DNA of 52,555 nt. It comes from Candidatus Nanopelagicaceae bacterium (lineage in GTDB: Bacteria; Actinomycetota; Actinomycetes; Nanopelagicales; Nanopelagicaceae). Location: NCBI GenBank assembly GCA_964201775.1, contig CAXNFK010000001.1, forward strand, positions 1 to 52,555, written 5' to 3'. The translations under genes and the position numbers were made by a program. Below the pieces are notes generated by a model. That model searched no databases. It saw only the letters and a program-made list of their open reading frames with translations, and was not told where the DNA came from. Below, one piece after another: positions 9,645 to 19,442 of this stretch (its first letter is position 1; each line of letters opens with the position of its first letter).

Positions 9645-10892
9645 ATGAAAGCAAAGTACGCAATTTTAGCTACAGCAATTGCTTCGGCACTTGTTGTTAG
9701 TGCACTTCCAGCACAAGCTGCTGGCGTAGATATGAAGATCGGTACTATTCACCCACTAACAGGTGGTAACGCTGATTACGGTATTGGCTTAACTACTGCT
9801 GCAGAATATGGCGCAGAGCAAATTACAAAAGCAATGAAGGCTGCAAAAGTTCCTGGAACCTGCAAGATTGTTGCTTCAGAAGATGATCAAGGAACTCCTG
9901 CACTAGCAGTTGAAGCAGCAACCAAGCTCGTAAAGAGCAATAAGGTAAATGCAATTGTTGGCCCATTAACTTCTGGTTCAACAGTTTCTGCTGCACAATC
10001 TGTAACAGTGCCAAACAATGTTGTAATGATTGCTACAGCAGCATCAAGCCCAACAATCACAAAGTTTGCAGATAAGGATCTGTTGTTCCGTACATATCCA
10101 TCTGACGCTTTCCAAGGCAAAGTAATCGTTGCCGCTGTTCAAAAGAAGTTTGGTAAGACAGTAACGCTAAGCATTGGTGCACGTAACGATGCTTTCGGAA
10201 CTGCTCTTGCAAACGTAGTAACCAACGAATGGGTTAAGGGCGGCGGAGACATCGGACGTAAGGTTCTTTGGAATCCAGATAACGCAACCTTCGATTCTGA
10301 AGCAAAGCTTCTAACTGAAGGCTCACCAGATGTTTGGGTAATTGTTGACTTCCCTGACACCTTCGCAAAGGTTGGACCTGCATTGGTTCGTACCGGCGCA
10401 TGGGATGCAAAGAAGACATTCTTTACAGAAGCTATGTACGACGCTGCAGTCATTCAGACTATTGGTGTTGACATCATGGGCGGCGCAAGCGGTACAGCTG
10501 CGAAGACAATCGGAATCGCACCTGATAAGTGGAAGAAAGCTCGTAAAGCTGCAAAGCCAGCAACAAAGGAAACTTTCGTTGATGCTTCAGGCTACGATGC
10601 AACAGTTCTTCTTTGCCTTGCAGCAATTCACGGAAAGAGCACAAAGGGTTCAGTTATTTCAAAGAGCCTACGCGCTGTTTCTGGTGCTAAAGGTGGAACA
10701 AACATTCCATGGAGCAAGTTGACTGATGCCGTTAAGGCAGCAGCAGCTGGTAAGAACTTTACCTACCAAGGCGCTTGGACCACTGCAAAGTTTGATGCAT
10801 ACGGTGATTCAAGTGGTGCACTATTCCGCGTATACAAGATCGCTGCTGATGGAACACTCAGCTCCGACGATGCCGAGGATGTGCGCTTCTAG
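9645..10892 (+). CDS. Branched-chain amino acid-type ABC substrate-binding protein (LivK/Peripla_BP_6)
   Basis: KIGTIHPLTG, AIVGPLTSG, FRTYPSDAFQG, YDA motifs; AAGGAG SD; signal peptide ending PAQA. Confidence 0.88.
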   Translation: MKAKYAILATAIASALVVSALPAQAAGVDMKIGTIHPLTGGNADYGIGLTTAAEYGAEQITKAMKAAKVPGTCKIVASEDDQGTPALAVEAATKLVKSNKVNAIVGPLTSGSTVSAAQSVTVPNNVVMIATAASSPTITKFADKDLLFRTYPSDAFQGKVIVAAVQKKFGKTVTLSIGARNDAFGTALANVVTNEWVKGGGDIGRKVLWNPDNATFDSEAKLLTEGSPDVWVIVDFPDTFAKVGPALVRTGAWDAKKTFFTEAMYDAAVIQTIGVDIMGGASGTAAKTIGIAPDKWKKARKAAKPATKETFVDASGYDATVLLCLAAIHGKSTKGSVISKSLRAVSGAKGGTNIPWSKLTDAVKAAAAGKNFTYQGAWTTAKFDAYGDSSGALFRVYKIAADGTLSSDDAEDVRF

Positions 10893-10940
10893 TTCAACCC
10901 TGATGCGTCGGATTTATATCTGACGAATAAGGTATATCTT

Positions 10941-10983
10941 AAAAAATTTAGGCCCTAGGAAATCTAGGGCCTAAATTTTTTTT
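10941..10983 (+). terminator. Rho-independent terminator, probably bidirectional
   Basis: AAAAAATTTAGGCCCTAG-GAAAT-CTAGGGCCTAAATTTTTTTT: 18-bp perfect inverted repeat with a T run. A smaller hairpin (CGTCGGAT-TTAT-ATCTGACG) precedes it at ~10906-10925. Confidence 0.85.
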
Positions 10984-11019
10984 ACCATTTCTAAAAAAGA
11001 AAAGAGTAAAATAAACGCC

Positions 11020-11784
11020 ATGCGCATGCTCCCTCCCAGAAAATTAACTGGCTATCCGGTCTCACTAGCCGTCCTGGATTTTGGGTTATTTACAGTTCAC
11101 GCCAATGGCCGAATTATTGGAATTCCTGGATTTTTAATCGAAACAAGCACGGGTGAGAAAATACTTATCGATACTGGCTTTCCAGAAAAGTATGCCAAAG
11201 ATGTAAAAGCGGCTTCACTCGAGGACAACTTGGGTGAATTTGGCGAGATTCTAGAACTTACTTACGAGAATCAACCCGCCGCTCAGTTGGCAAAACTTGG
11301 AGTAAACAAGGACGATTTAGATTTCGTAATAATTTCTCATACCCATATTGATCATGTCGGCAACATAGATGGATTTCCAGGTGTGCCAATAATTATGGGA
11401 AAAGAAGAGAGAGAACTAGAACGACCTATCTATTGGCGAGGTAAGAAACCCTTGGAGTGGCCGGCTGCCGAGTATCTGTTAATTGATTCAGATTACGAAT
11501 TTGGTACTAATTTTAAAATTCTGCACGTTCCAGGACACACACCAGGTGAGTTATCAATCCTCCTCACACTCCCCAACACTGGTTCCATATTGTTAACTAG
11601 CGATGCTATATCCAGAGACTCTGAAGTGAGTGAAGGTTGTCCTGATGCAACAGACCCAGCCCAAGCGATAGCAAGTGCAAATCGAATACTGGATTTAGCT
11701 AAAGCGCATAATGCTTATGTGATTTATGGTCATGGACCAGAGCAATGGAAAGAGCTAAAGAAGGCGCCGGATCTTTATAACTAG
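11020..11784 (+). CDS. Metallo-beta-lactamase-fold hydrolase, N-acyl-homoserine lactonase (AiiA/AttM)-like
   Basis: ILIDTG, SHTHIDHVG (HxHxDH), PGHTPG, bridging Asp (TSDA) and terminal GH. Confidence 0.8.
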   Translation: MRMLPPRKLTGYPVSLAVLDFGLFTVHANGRIIGIPGFLIETSTGEKILIDTGFPEKYAKDVKAASLEDNLGEFGEILELTYENQPAAQLAKLGVNKDDLDFVIISHTHIDHVGNIDGFPGVPIIMGKEERELERPIYWRGKKPLEWPAAEYLLIDSDYEFGTNFKILHVPGHTPGELSILLTLPNTGSILLTSDAISRDSEVSEGCPDATDPAQAIASANRILDLAKAHNAYVIYGHGPEQWKELKKAPDLYN

Positions 11785-11795
11785 TTAAGTATTAA

Positions 11796-12530
11796 CTACC
11801 GAACATCTCTTCCCTGGTTCAAAATAATTACATTTCCACTTGAAACATCACCAGCACTGGAAATCAAAAACCCTACCCATGCCGCAATTTCATCTGGCTT
11901 CATAGCAGCGCCTCTTGGCATTTGCGAGATTGCTTTCTTTAATACTTCATCACTAAGAACTTTAAATAGCGGTGACTCAGTCATTGCAGGAGCGATTGAA
12001 TTTACGCAGATTCCCTCACGCGCATATCGCCGAGCTAAATCTTTAGTCAAGGTATCCATTGCTGCTTTACTCGCGCGATAGTGCGGTGGATCAAACACAT
12101 CGAAGTTATAGGCGCCATTAGATGAGATATTTACAATTTTTTTAATTCCTGGACGCTCTAACATTAACTTAACTGATTCTTGTGAGCAGTAGAAAGCAGA
12201 AGAAAAATTCACCGCCATTTGCTTTTCAAATTCTTGGGCCGGGATATTTGGAAATTCAGACATGAAGCAATCCCCTGCATTGTTTACCAGCGCATCAACG
12301 CCGCCAAATTTGGCCTTAATGCTTGAGAAGACTTCTGCGATTTTGTCAGCAGACGTTAAATCAACAGTAAAAGTTGTCACATCATTTGGAAAAGAAGCTT
12401 TGAGCTTTTCAAGGCTTTCAGTATTTAAATCAAGCGCAACTACGTGAAATTTATCTTGAACAAGTCGGGCAGTTATAGCGCTGCCCATTCCGCCGCCTGC
12501 TCCAGTGACAACTGCAATTTTGCTGCTCAT
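11796..12530 (-). CDS. Short-chain dehydrogenase/reductase
   Basis: TGAGGGMG, NNAG, YRASK (YxxxK). Confidence 0.88.
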   Translation of the reverse strand: MSSKIAVVTGAGGGMGSAITARLVQDKFHVVALDLNTESLEKLKASFPNDVTTFTVDLTSADKIAEVFSSIKAKFGGVDALVNNAGDCFMSEFPNIPAQEFEKQMAVNFSSAFYCSQESVKLMLERPGIKKIVNISSNGAYNFDVFDPPHYRASKAAMDTLTKDLARRYAREGICVNSIAPAMTESPLFKVLSDEVLKKAISQMPRGAAMKPDEIAAWVGFLISSAGDVSSGNVIILNQGRDVR

Positions 12531-12559
12531 AAAGTTAGTCTTCCATAATCCATTAAAAG

Positions 12560-13843
12560 CTATCCCATCACAGTTCCAGTGTTGTCAGCATTAAACAACC
12601 GTTTGCGTGAAAAAGCTGCCATGTTGATCTCATTACCTGTGCGCTCTGCACGAACCTTCACGGGATCGGCGTCGTGATCCTGGCCGGCTCTGACGGCTTC
12701 AATTAACTCTGTCATCAACTTTCCAACCATCGGAGCATTCTTAAATTGATTGCCGCTTGTGCCAATGGCTACATAGAAGCCATCACATTCGGTTCGGTCA
12801 TAGATTGGTGTCCAATCAGCAGCAACGTCATAGATACCAGCAATGCCAGATGCAGTGTTAGGAATCTTCAGCGCCGGAAACCTTCGTGCTGCTCGAGTCA
12901 CTTGGGCTTCGAATAACTCTTTAGTTCTATTCAGGTTTACCGCTTCAACATCATCAACCCAGTCAAGTCGATCACATTCTGGTTCAGTGCCGCCTATATA
13001 CGTTGCACCAGTCGGAGAAGATCTCATGTATGTGCCAAGGTCTAAATCGCCAATAATTGGTCCTGGAAGTAAATTCATCGGAGTCGTTATTTGATGAACT
13101 TCCTGGCGCATTGGCCTAACAGAGATTGTGAAATCTTTACCTACACCCGCAAGTTGATTGATTTGATTAGACCACGGCCCACCAGCGTTAATAACTACAT
13201 CCGCGAAAATCTTTTCGTTGCCATCTACTTCTATACCGATTACTTTATTTCCCTCATGAAGAATTGCTGTTACCTTAGATTTAAAGCGGAAGGTAACACC
13301 AGCACTAATCGCTGCTTGTGCCAAATTCTCTGTTGCTAGTAATGGATCATCGATGTAACCACCATTAGGAGTATAGATTGCACCGAGTGATTCTTTAGCA
13401 TCTTCCCAAAATGCATCATCGCTTAAAGTTTTTGGCGGCCAATATTTACCAACATCAATTCCAGTAACGCTTTTTGATAGATCTAATGAATTCCAAACTT
13501 CGTACGGAACTCCAACTGAATCAAAAAGTTGTGATGTTTTCTCCCCTGAAATCACCGGCGCATCCAACATAACAACACCCACATCTATCATCTTTGAATA
13601 GCGTTCCTGTTTTATGCCTAGATGATCTGGCCAGTTTTTCCAGCAATGAAAAGATTCCCATGCGAGCGCAACTGCATCAAAAGTTGAGTAATTGAATCGG
13701 ACAACAGCGCTAGATGCACTTGTTGAGCCCTGTCCTGGACCTTGTGCTTTATCGACTGTAATAACTTCATAACCCTTAGCGGCCAGTTCAAAGGCAATTG
13801 AGCAGCCAATTACACCGGCACCAATAACTATTGCTTTAGCCAC
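12560..13843 (-). CDS. FAD-dependent oxidoreductase, DAO / sarcosine oxidase beta-like
   Basis: GAGVIG dinucleotide motif, GSTSASSA, INAGGPWS, YDVAADWTPI, GTSGNQFK; GTG start. Confidence 0.85.
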   Translation of the reverse strand: MAKAIVIGAGVIGCSIAFELAAKGYEVITVDKAQGPGQGSTSASSAVVRFNYSTFDAVALAWESFHCWKNWPDHLGIKQERYSKMIDVGVVMLDAPVISGEKTSQLFDSVGVPYEVWNSLDLSKSVTGIDVGKYWPPKTLSDDAFWEDAKESLGAIYTPNGGYIDDPLLATENLAQAAISAGVTFRFKSKVTAILHEGNKVIGIEVDGNEKIFADVVINAGGPWSNQINQLAGVGKDFTISVRPMRQEVHQITTPMNLLPGPIIGDLDLGTYMRSSPTGATYIGGTEPECDRLDWVDDVEAVNLNRTKELFEAQVTRAARRFPALKIPNTASGIAGIYDVAADWTPIYDRTECDGFYVAIGTSGNQFKNAPMVGKLMTELIEAVRAGQDHDADPVKVRAERTGNEINMAAFSRKRLFNADNTGTVMG

Positions 13844-13883
13844 CTAGGAATTTTAACTCGCATTCACTTGAAGTTTGTCGGTG

Positions 13884-13945
13884 GCTCGGCATCCGGAATT
13901 GCCCTTATTATGCTCGGAACGGGAAAATTCATCCGAATGCTGAAA
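13884..13945. promoter_or_regulatory. Cluster of putative IclR operator sites in divergent promoter
   Basis: TTCCGGATGCCGAGC (rc 13884-13898), weaker TTCCGAGCATAATAA (rc 13905-13919), ATCCGAATGCTGAAA (13931-13945). Confidence 0.5.
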
Positions 13946-14018
13946 CTTACTTAGGTGCCTTGCTAGTTCGCCATTAACATTCACTATGTAACTTCCTATC
14001 TAGTTGAGGGGAATTCGA

Positions 14019-15725
14019 ATGCGCAGTTCAGCTTGGTATGGTGGCGAAGACCGTGATGCATATATTCATAGAGCATGGATGCGTCGAGGAAATCCAGATT
14101 CAGCATTCGATGGCAGACCACAAATTGCCATTATTAATACTGCTTCAGATCTAGCCCCATGTAATTCTCACCTAAATGAAATTTCACAAAGTGTGAAAAA
14201 TGGTGTTTGGGAAGCCGGCGGAGTACCGCTCAATCTGCCAATGATTTCACTTGGTGAAACCTTAGTTCGTCCAACTGCAATGCTCTGGCGAAATATGGTT
14301 GCAATGGCGACAGAGGAATTGATACGAGCAAATCCAATTGATGGCGTAGTTCTGCTTGGAGGTTGTGACAAAACAATTCCTGCAATTTTGATGGGTGCCG
14401 CTTCGGTTAATTTACCGGCGATAGTCGTTCCTGGTGGACCAATGATGACAGGAACTTTCCGTGGATCGCCTCTTGGTTGCGGAACAGATGTATGGAAACT
14501 TAGTGAAGAAGTTCGTGCAGGACTATTAAGCAAAGCTAAATTTCTCTCATCAGAATCAGCGATGATTCGCAGTCGCGGACATTGCAACACAATGGGAACA
14601 GCTTCAACGATGGGAAGCATGGCAGAAGCTTTAGGAATGGTTCTTCCTGGAGTTGCTGGAACTCCTGCAACAGATAGTCGCTTACTTCAAGCGGCACACG
14701 AATCTGGCCGGAGAATAATTGATATGGTTAAAGAAGATCTTAAGCCTTCAGATATTTTGACTAAAGGTGCATTTATTAATGCAATTGCAACGCTAGCTGG
14801 AATTGGTGGTTCAACAAATGCAGTTGTTCATCTTTTGGCAATTGCCGGCCGAGTTGGTGTTGATTTAACTCTAAAAGATTTCGATCAATTTGGTTCGAAC
14901 GTTCCACTTCTTCTCAATTTGCAACCTGCTGGAAGTTACCTAATGGAAGATATGCATCGCGCTGGCGGTCTCTTGGCGGTTATGCGCGAACTTATTCCCC
15001 ATTTTGATTCCTCTGCAATCACTGTTACCGGGCGACCATTTGTAGAAACTCTTGCAGAAGCTGAGATTTATGATCGTGATGTAATACGTGAATTAGCTAA
15101 TCCCCTGCAAGAAAAAGCTGGAATCGTAGTTCTGTATGGAAACTTAGCGCCACTCGGCGCTGTAATTAAGCCATCAGCAGCAACTCCTGAATTATTGCAT
15201 CACAGAGGTCCAGCGCTAGTTTTTGATGGGGTTGAAGATTTCCACGCACGAATAGATGATCCAAGCCTTGTTGTAGATAAGAATACGGTTTTAATCTTGC
15301 GAGGTTGTGGCCCTAAGGGATATCCAGGAATGCCTGAAGTTGCAAATCTTATTTTGCCGCAAAAACTTCTTGAAAAGGGAGTTACCGATATGGTTCGAAT
15401 CTGTGATGGTCGAATGAGTGGGACCGCATACGGAACTGTTATTTTGCATGTTGCACCAGAAGCTGCAGCAGGTGGACCATTAGGACTTGTTAAAGATGGC
15501 GATATCATCGAACTCGATGTTACAAAACGTTCACTAAATATTGATATTTCGGCTGAGGAACTAGCACTTAGAAAACCATCGGAAGCAATGATAAAAACAT
15601 TTGCTAAACCAGTTCGAGGTTGGGAACGGTTGTATATCGATCACGTAATGCAAGCCGATCGCGGCGCCGATTTTGATTTTCTCTTTGGTGCTAGCGGTTC
15701 TTCAGTGCCGAGAGAATCGCATTAA
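14019..15725 (+). CDS. IlvD/Edd-family dehydratase, sugar-acid (L-arabinonate/xylonate dehydratase-like) type
   Basis: PCN, GCDKT, HCNTMGTASTM Fe-S cysteines, GGSTN, CDGRMSG, HVAPEA; PMISLGE/RPTAML segment typical of pentonate dehydratases. ATG 14019 after GAGGGG (TTG 14004 alternative). Confidence 0.85.
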   Translation: MRSSAWYGGEDRDAYIHRAWMRRGNPDSAFDGRPQIAIINTASDLAPCNSHLNEISQSVKNGVWEAGGVPLNLPMISLGETLVRPTAMLWRNMVAMATEELIRANPIDGVVLLGGCDKTIPAILMGAASVNLPAIVVPGGPMMTGTFRGSPLGCGTDVWKLSEEVRAGLLSKAKFLSSESAMIRSRGHCNTMGTASTMGSMAEALGMVLPGVAGTPATDSRLLQAAHESGRRIIDMVKEDLKPSDILTKGAFINAIATLAGIGGSTNAVVHLLAIAGRVGVDLTLKDFDQFGSNVPLLLNLQPAGSYLMEDMHRAGGLLAVMRELIPHFDSSAITVTGRPFVETLAEAEIYDRDVIRELANPLQEKAGIVVLYGNLAPLGAVIKPSAATPELLHHRGPALVFDGVEDFHARIDDPSLVVDKNTVLILRGCGPKGYPGMPEVANLILPQKLLEKGVTDMVRICDGRMSGTAYGTVILHVAPEAAAGGPLGLVKDGDIIELDVTKRSLNIDISAEELALRKPSEAMIKTFAKPVRGWERLYIDHVMQADRGADFDFLFGASGSSVPRESH

Positions 15726-17221
15726 TACCAAGGTTCTACGATATCGAGATCGAATGGCCATAGCGGTCTACGTGGTTTTGTAAATGGCAGCTTTGGTAAT
15801 CGACTATCTGATGACCCAGGTGAAGCCATATCGATGCACTTAAATGCTAACGGTTCGTAGTAACCTCGGTAACCGCCAGCTGATTTAACTTGGACTGCCT
15901 TCGCTGTTGTGAAATCTAACCCCACGCGAAGATAGAGTTGGTAATCCAATAAGAAGGCTGGCTTTGACGTAACGACAATAGATATGTCTCCAACTTTAAG
16001 GACCGCAGTTGGACCAGCATTGAACATTTTGGATGGATACTTTGATTGATAGATTCCGTCGCATAGCGTAATAACTTCTCCTGCAACTTTTGTTGGAGTG
16101 AAAAACACTGGCGATAAACTCCCGCCGATATCGGAGGTAATTTTTCCGCCCACACCCGCATCAAAACACTTCTTCGCTAATGCCGCATCAGTTATCGTCA
16201 TATATACGGTTCCATTTATTGGGTTCTCTAGTAGGTATTTGAGTAAATAATTACTATCCCCTTTACTGCCCGCCGATGTACTATCTGCTCCATCAGCAAC
16301 GATAAATGGTTTGGCAGAACTTTCACTTGCATTAATCTCAGCAACAATATCTGCAACCTTTTGCTTACGGAACAACACAGCTTCTCGCCGATCCCATATC
16401 ATCATGGCAAGCTCATCTGCCAATTTCTGACCTAACTCTGAATCATCTTCGGTCACAACTAGAACTGACCATCCGAGTTCAGTTACGTCCAACCATGGTT
16501 GGGTGCAGAAGATTGTTGCATCCAATACGCCTGGCATCTTTTCAATTTCATGTAGGCGATCCATGACGGCGCGCATTGGACCAAAAGTCGTGTCTTGCCC
16601 CTCAGCTGGTGTAATTATTTTAATCTTACGATGGCTAAGCGTTGGCTTTTTCTTACCTGCTAATTCAGCGGCCATGAGTTTCATTGCACGAGCGCCAGTT
16701 TCATAAATATCTAAGTGTGGACAGGTTTGATAGCCAGCGATTAACGCAGTGCTTCGTGCCATCTTCTCTGTGAAGTGGGCGTGAAGATCACAACTTACTG
16801 CGATTGGAAAATCGGGGCCAACAATTGCACGAAGCGATTCAATTAGGTCGCCTTCTACATCTTCGTATGATTCTGCAGTCATTGCACCGTGCAAGCGTAG
16901 GTAGACGCCATCGACTGACTTTACAACTTCTGACAATTTTGAAAGGAGTTGCTTCTTAAGGGATTCGTAAGTCTCATCACTAACAGTTGGGCCGCAACCA
17001 CCATCGGCTGCAAAAACTGGGACCAATTCAATACCAAGTTCATTTGCTACAGATAAAGCGCCACCTATTTCATCTTTTCCAAAACCTGCCGTAAGAACAT
17101 CTGGCCCTTCAGCTAGCAGGTAGCGCTCAAAAGCATCCATGTTGGTCAATCCCGGAGCGAAACTATTACTTTCAAATGTTATTCCAGCAACAGCAACTCT
17201 CTTACCCCTTATTTCAGTCAC
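15722..17221 (-). CDS. M81-family metallopeptidase/amidohydrolase (MlrC-like)
   Basis: FESNSF, LHGAM, DVEGD, DLHAH, YQTCPHLD, DGADS..AG, VKS motifs. Confidence 0.88.
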   Translation of the reverse strand: MTEIRGKRVAVAGITFESNSFAPGLTNMDAFERYLLAEGPDVLTAGFGKDEIGGALSVANELGIELVPVFAADGGCGPTVSDETYESLKKQLLSKLSEVVKSVDGVYLRLHGAMTAESYEDVEGDLIESLRAIVGPDFPIAVSCDLHAHFTEKMARSTALIAGYQTCPHLDIYETGARAMKLMAAELAGKKKPTLSHRKIKIITPAEGQDTTFGPMRAVMDRLHEIEKMPGVLDATIFCTQPWLDVTELGWSVLVVTEDDSELGQKLADELAMMIWDRREAVLFRKQKVADIVAEINASESSAKPFIVADGADSTSAGSKGDSNYLLKYLLENPINGTVYMTITDAALAKKCFDAGVGGKITSDIGGSLSPVFFTPTKVAGEVITLCDGIYQSKYPSKMFNAGPTAVLKVGDISIVVTSKPAFLLDYQLYLRVGLDFTTAKAVQVKSAGGYRGYYEPLAFKCIDMASPGSSDSRLPKLPFTKPRRPLWPFDLDIVEPWY

Positions 17222-18499
17222 TTATATACCTTTCTTAAGAACATCTCTGACGGCGCTTAATGTCTTATCAATATCCTTCATTTCATGGGCAGAAGAAAGG
17301 AACCAAGTGCCTCTTGGCAAAATACGAATTCCAGATTTCAGTAATTCAAATGCGAAATCGCCGTACCTCACAGTATTTGCCTTAATTCCTGATCGATAAT
17401 CAGTTGGACCTTTCAAATCAAAACGAACATTAAAGACTGAAGGATATCCAGCGATTTCATGAACTACGCCAGCATTAGTGAACTCTTTTGCCAGTCCCTG
17501 CATAAGTGCAGCACCAGTAACATCAATCTTTTTGTGTGGCTTTCCACTCTTAATCATTTCAAGAGTTGCGACAGTTGCAGCCATAGAGACTGATTGGGTG
17601 TTGTAGGTTCCAGCATGAATAACTTTTCCTTCTCCCACCAAATTCATTAATTCTTTCTTACCTACGATTGCAGCTACTGCAAAACCATTAGCTAGGGCCT
17701 TTCCAAGAATTGTAAGATCTGGAGTAACTCCAAAAACTTTCTGTGCGCCACCGGGTGAAACTCGGAAACCAGTAATGACTTCGTCAAAAATTAACACTGT
17801 TCCGTACTTAGTGCATAACTCTCTAACTTTTTCAAGATACCCTGGCAGTGGCATAATTCCACAAGTGTTAAACATTATCGGTTCCATAATAATTCCGGCG
17901 ATGTCACCGTTTTTTAATTGATTTTCAATAACTTCAATGTTATTCCAAGGAAGTACAACTAGATTTTCACCAGGTTCTTGACCTTGAGTTCCTGCAACCG
18001 GAATTGGACTTAATGCATCTCCTGCAATTGCAGGATCTGGTGCATGGCTCCAAAAAACATTATCAAACCAACCGTGATATTGACCTTCAAACTTAATCAT
18101 CTTCATACGATTCGTGGCGGCTCGCGCAACTCTTAAAGCAACTTGCACTGCTTCTGAACCTGTTGATGTAAATCGAACTAACTCGGCGCCAGGCACCAAC
18201 TCATTAATAAGACGAGCGACTTCATATTCCAAAGTAGTTTGGCCAGCAACCAACAAGCTAATGTCCAACTGGGACTTGACGGCTTTAATTACCTTCTTTG
18301 GACTATGCCCAAGCAACATAGGGCCCATTCCCAAAACGTAATCGGTCAATTTATTTCCATTTACATCAACAAGTTCGCAGCCAGAGGCACCCTTGAAAAC
18401 CAATGGACCAGGACGCCCAAGGCGGTAGGTGCTATTTATGCCCCCAGCAACATACTTGGAGCCCGCTTCCACAACCTTCAAAGATTCGCTAAAATCCAT
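17222..18499 (-). CDS. Class-III PLP aminotransferase (glutamate-1-semialdehyde aminomutase-like)
   Basis: TGSEA, FEGQYHG, FDEVITGFR, GKALANG (PLP Lys), AGTYN. ATG at 18499 preferred over ORF-track 18568, which runs through the operator region. Confidence 0.85.
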   Translation of the reverse strand: MDFSESLKVVEAGSKYVAGGINSTYRLGRPGPLVFKGASGCELVDVNGNKLTDYVLGMGPMLLGHSPKKVIKAVKSQLDISLLVAGQTTLEYEVARLINELVPGAELVRFTSTGSEAVQVALRVARAATNRMKMIKFEGQYHGWFDNVFWSHAPDPAIAGDALSPIPVAGTQGQEPGENLVVLPWNNIEVIENQLKNGDIAGIIMEPIMFNTCGIMPLPGYLEKVRELCTKYGTVLIFDEVITGFRVSPGGAQKVFGVTPDLTILGKALANGFAVAAIVGKKELMNLVGEGKVIHAGTYNTQSVSMAATVATLEMIKSGKPHKKIDVTGAALMQGLAKEFTNAGVVHEIAGYPSVFNVRFDLKGPTDYRSGIKANTVRYGDFAFELLKSGIRILPRGTWFLSSAHEMKDIDKTLSAVRDVLKKGI

Positions 18500-18513
18500 T
18501 TTGCCCCAATCAA

Positions 18514-18597
18514 TTCCGCATAGTGGAATAATCCATTCTATGATGTAAACATACTGGCACACTTCCAATACGGCAATTATTAATACGCATAGTGGAA
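18514..18597. promoter_or_regulatory. Two putative IclR operators in the iclR/aminotransferase divergent promoter
   Basis: TTCCGCATAGTGGAA (18514-18528) and ATACGCATAGTGGAA (18583-18597). Confidence 0.65.
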
Positions 18598-18639
18598 TTT
18601 CTCGTCACAACATAAAGGTTAAAAAGGAGAAGCTTTGTA

Positions 18640-19410
18640 ATGAAAGACTTAAATAAGAACGATGAGGTGGGCGTACTTATCAAGTCAATGAATTTACTGG
18701 TTTGTCTTGCAGAAGCACCATTATCAGTTGTAGAACTTTCTGATAGAACTGGAATTTCCAAACCCACTATTTATCGAATTCTCCATACTTTAGATTCTGG
18801 CGGATTCGTACTTAGGGATCAGGAAAATCGAAAATATATGTTGGGACCTGCGCTCATCGGACTTGGTAGAGCTACAAGAAATTCTGCCGAATTAATTCGG
18901 TATGCTCGTCCAACTCTTTCAGAATTAAGCAAAAAATATAACGAAACTGTAAACCTCGGAGTCTTGAGTTACGGAAAAGTTATCTATTTAAGCACTCTAG
19001 AATCACGCCAACAACTTCGCGTAACTGTGCCTATGACTATTGAAAATAATGCACATACAACAGCGCTTGGAAAGGTAATTCTTTCTTCTATGGAGGAGGA
19101 ATCTGCATATAAAATTATATCTTCCATGTATGCAGCTAAAGCTAATCAAACAAGTCGTTATTCCGAACCAGAATTTGTTGAACATATTAGGTCAAGTAGA
19201 AAACAAGGTTTTGCAATCGACAATGAAGATGACGCAATAGGTTTCCGTTGTGTCGCTGCTCCAATATTCAATTTGATTGGCGAACCAGTTGCTGCAATCA
19301 GCATATCTGCACCAACATCACGTGTTTCACTCGAAGATTTGATGAAAATCGGAGTTGATTTAGCTGCTATTTGTAGCAACTTGAAAAGAACTAATCCTCC
19401 TCATTTCTAG
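18640..19410 (+). CDS. IclR-family transcriptional regulator
   Basis: N-terminal HTH (ELSDRTGISKPTIYRILHTL), ETVNLG, TALGK, GFAIDNE..GFRCVAAPI..AAISIS; AAGGAG SD. Confidence 0.93.
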   Translation: MKDLNKNDEVGVLIKSMNLLVCLAEAPLSVVELSDRTGISKPTIYRILHTLDSGGFVLRDQENRKYMLGPALIGLGRATRNSAELIRYARPTLSELSKKYNETVNLGVLSYGKVIYLSTLESRQQLRVTVPMTIENNAHTTALGKVILSSMEEESAYKIISSMYAAKANQTSRYSEPEFVEHIRSSRKQGFAIDNEDDAIGFRCVAAPIFNLIGEPVAAISISAPTSRVSLEDLMKIGVDLAAICSNLKRTNPPHF

Positions 19411-19442
19411 AATATTCATACTGTCGATAGCAGCTCAATAAC

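Noticed and set aside
14019-15725. Assigning ilvD (branched-chain amino acid biosynthesis) to the IlvD/Edd gene
   Set aside because: Motifs and context fit sugar-acid dehydratases; no ilv genes are nearby.
15722-17221. Reading the MlrC-like gene as a microcystin degradation locus
   Set aside because: No mlrA- or mlrB-like genes are present; the M81 family is widespread and functionally broad.
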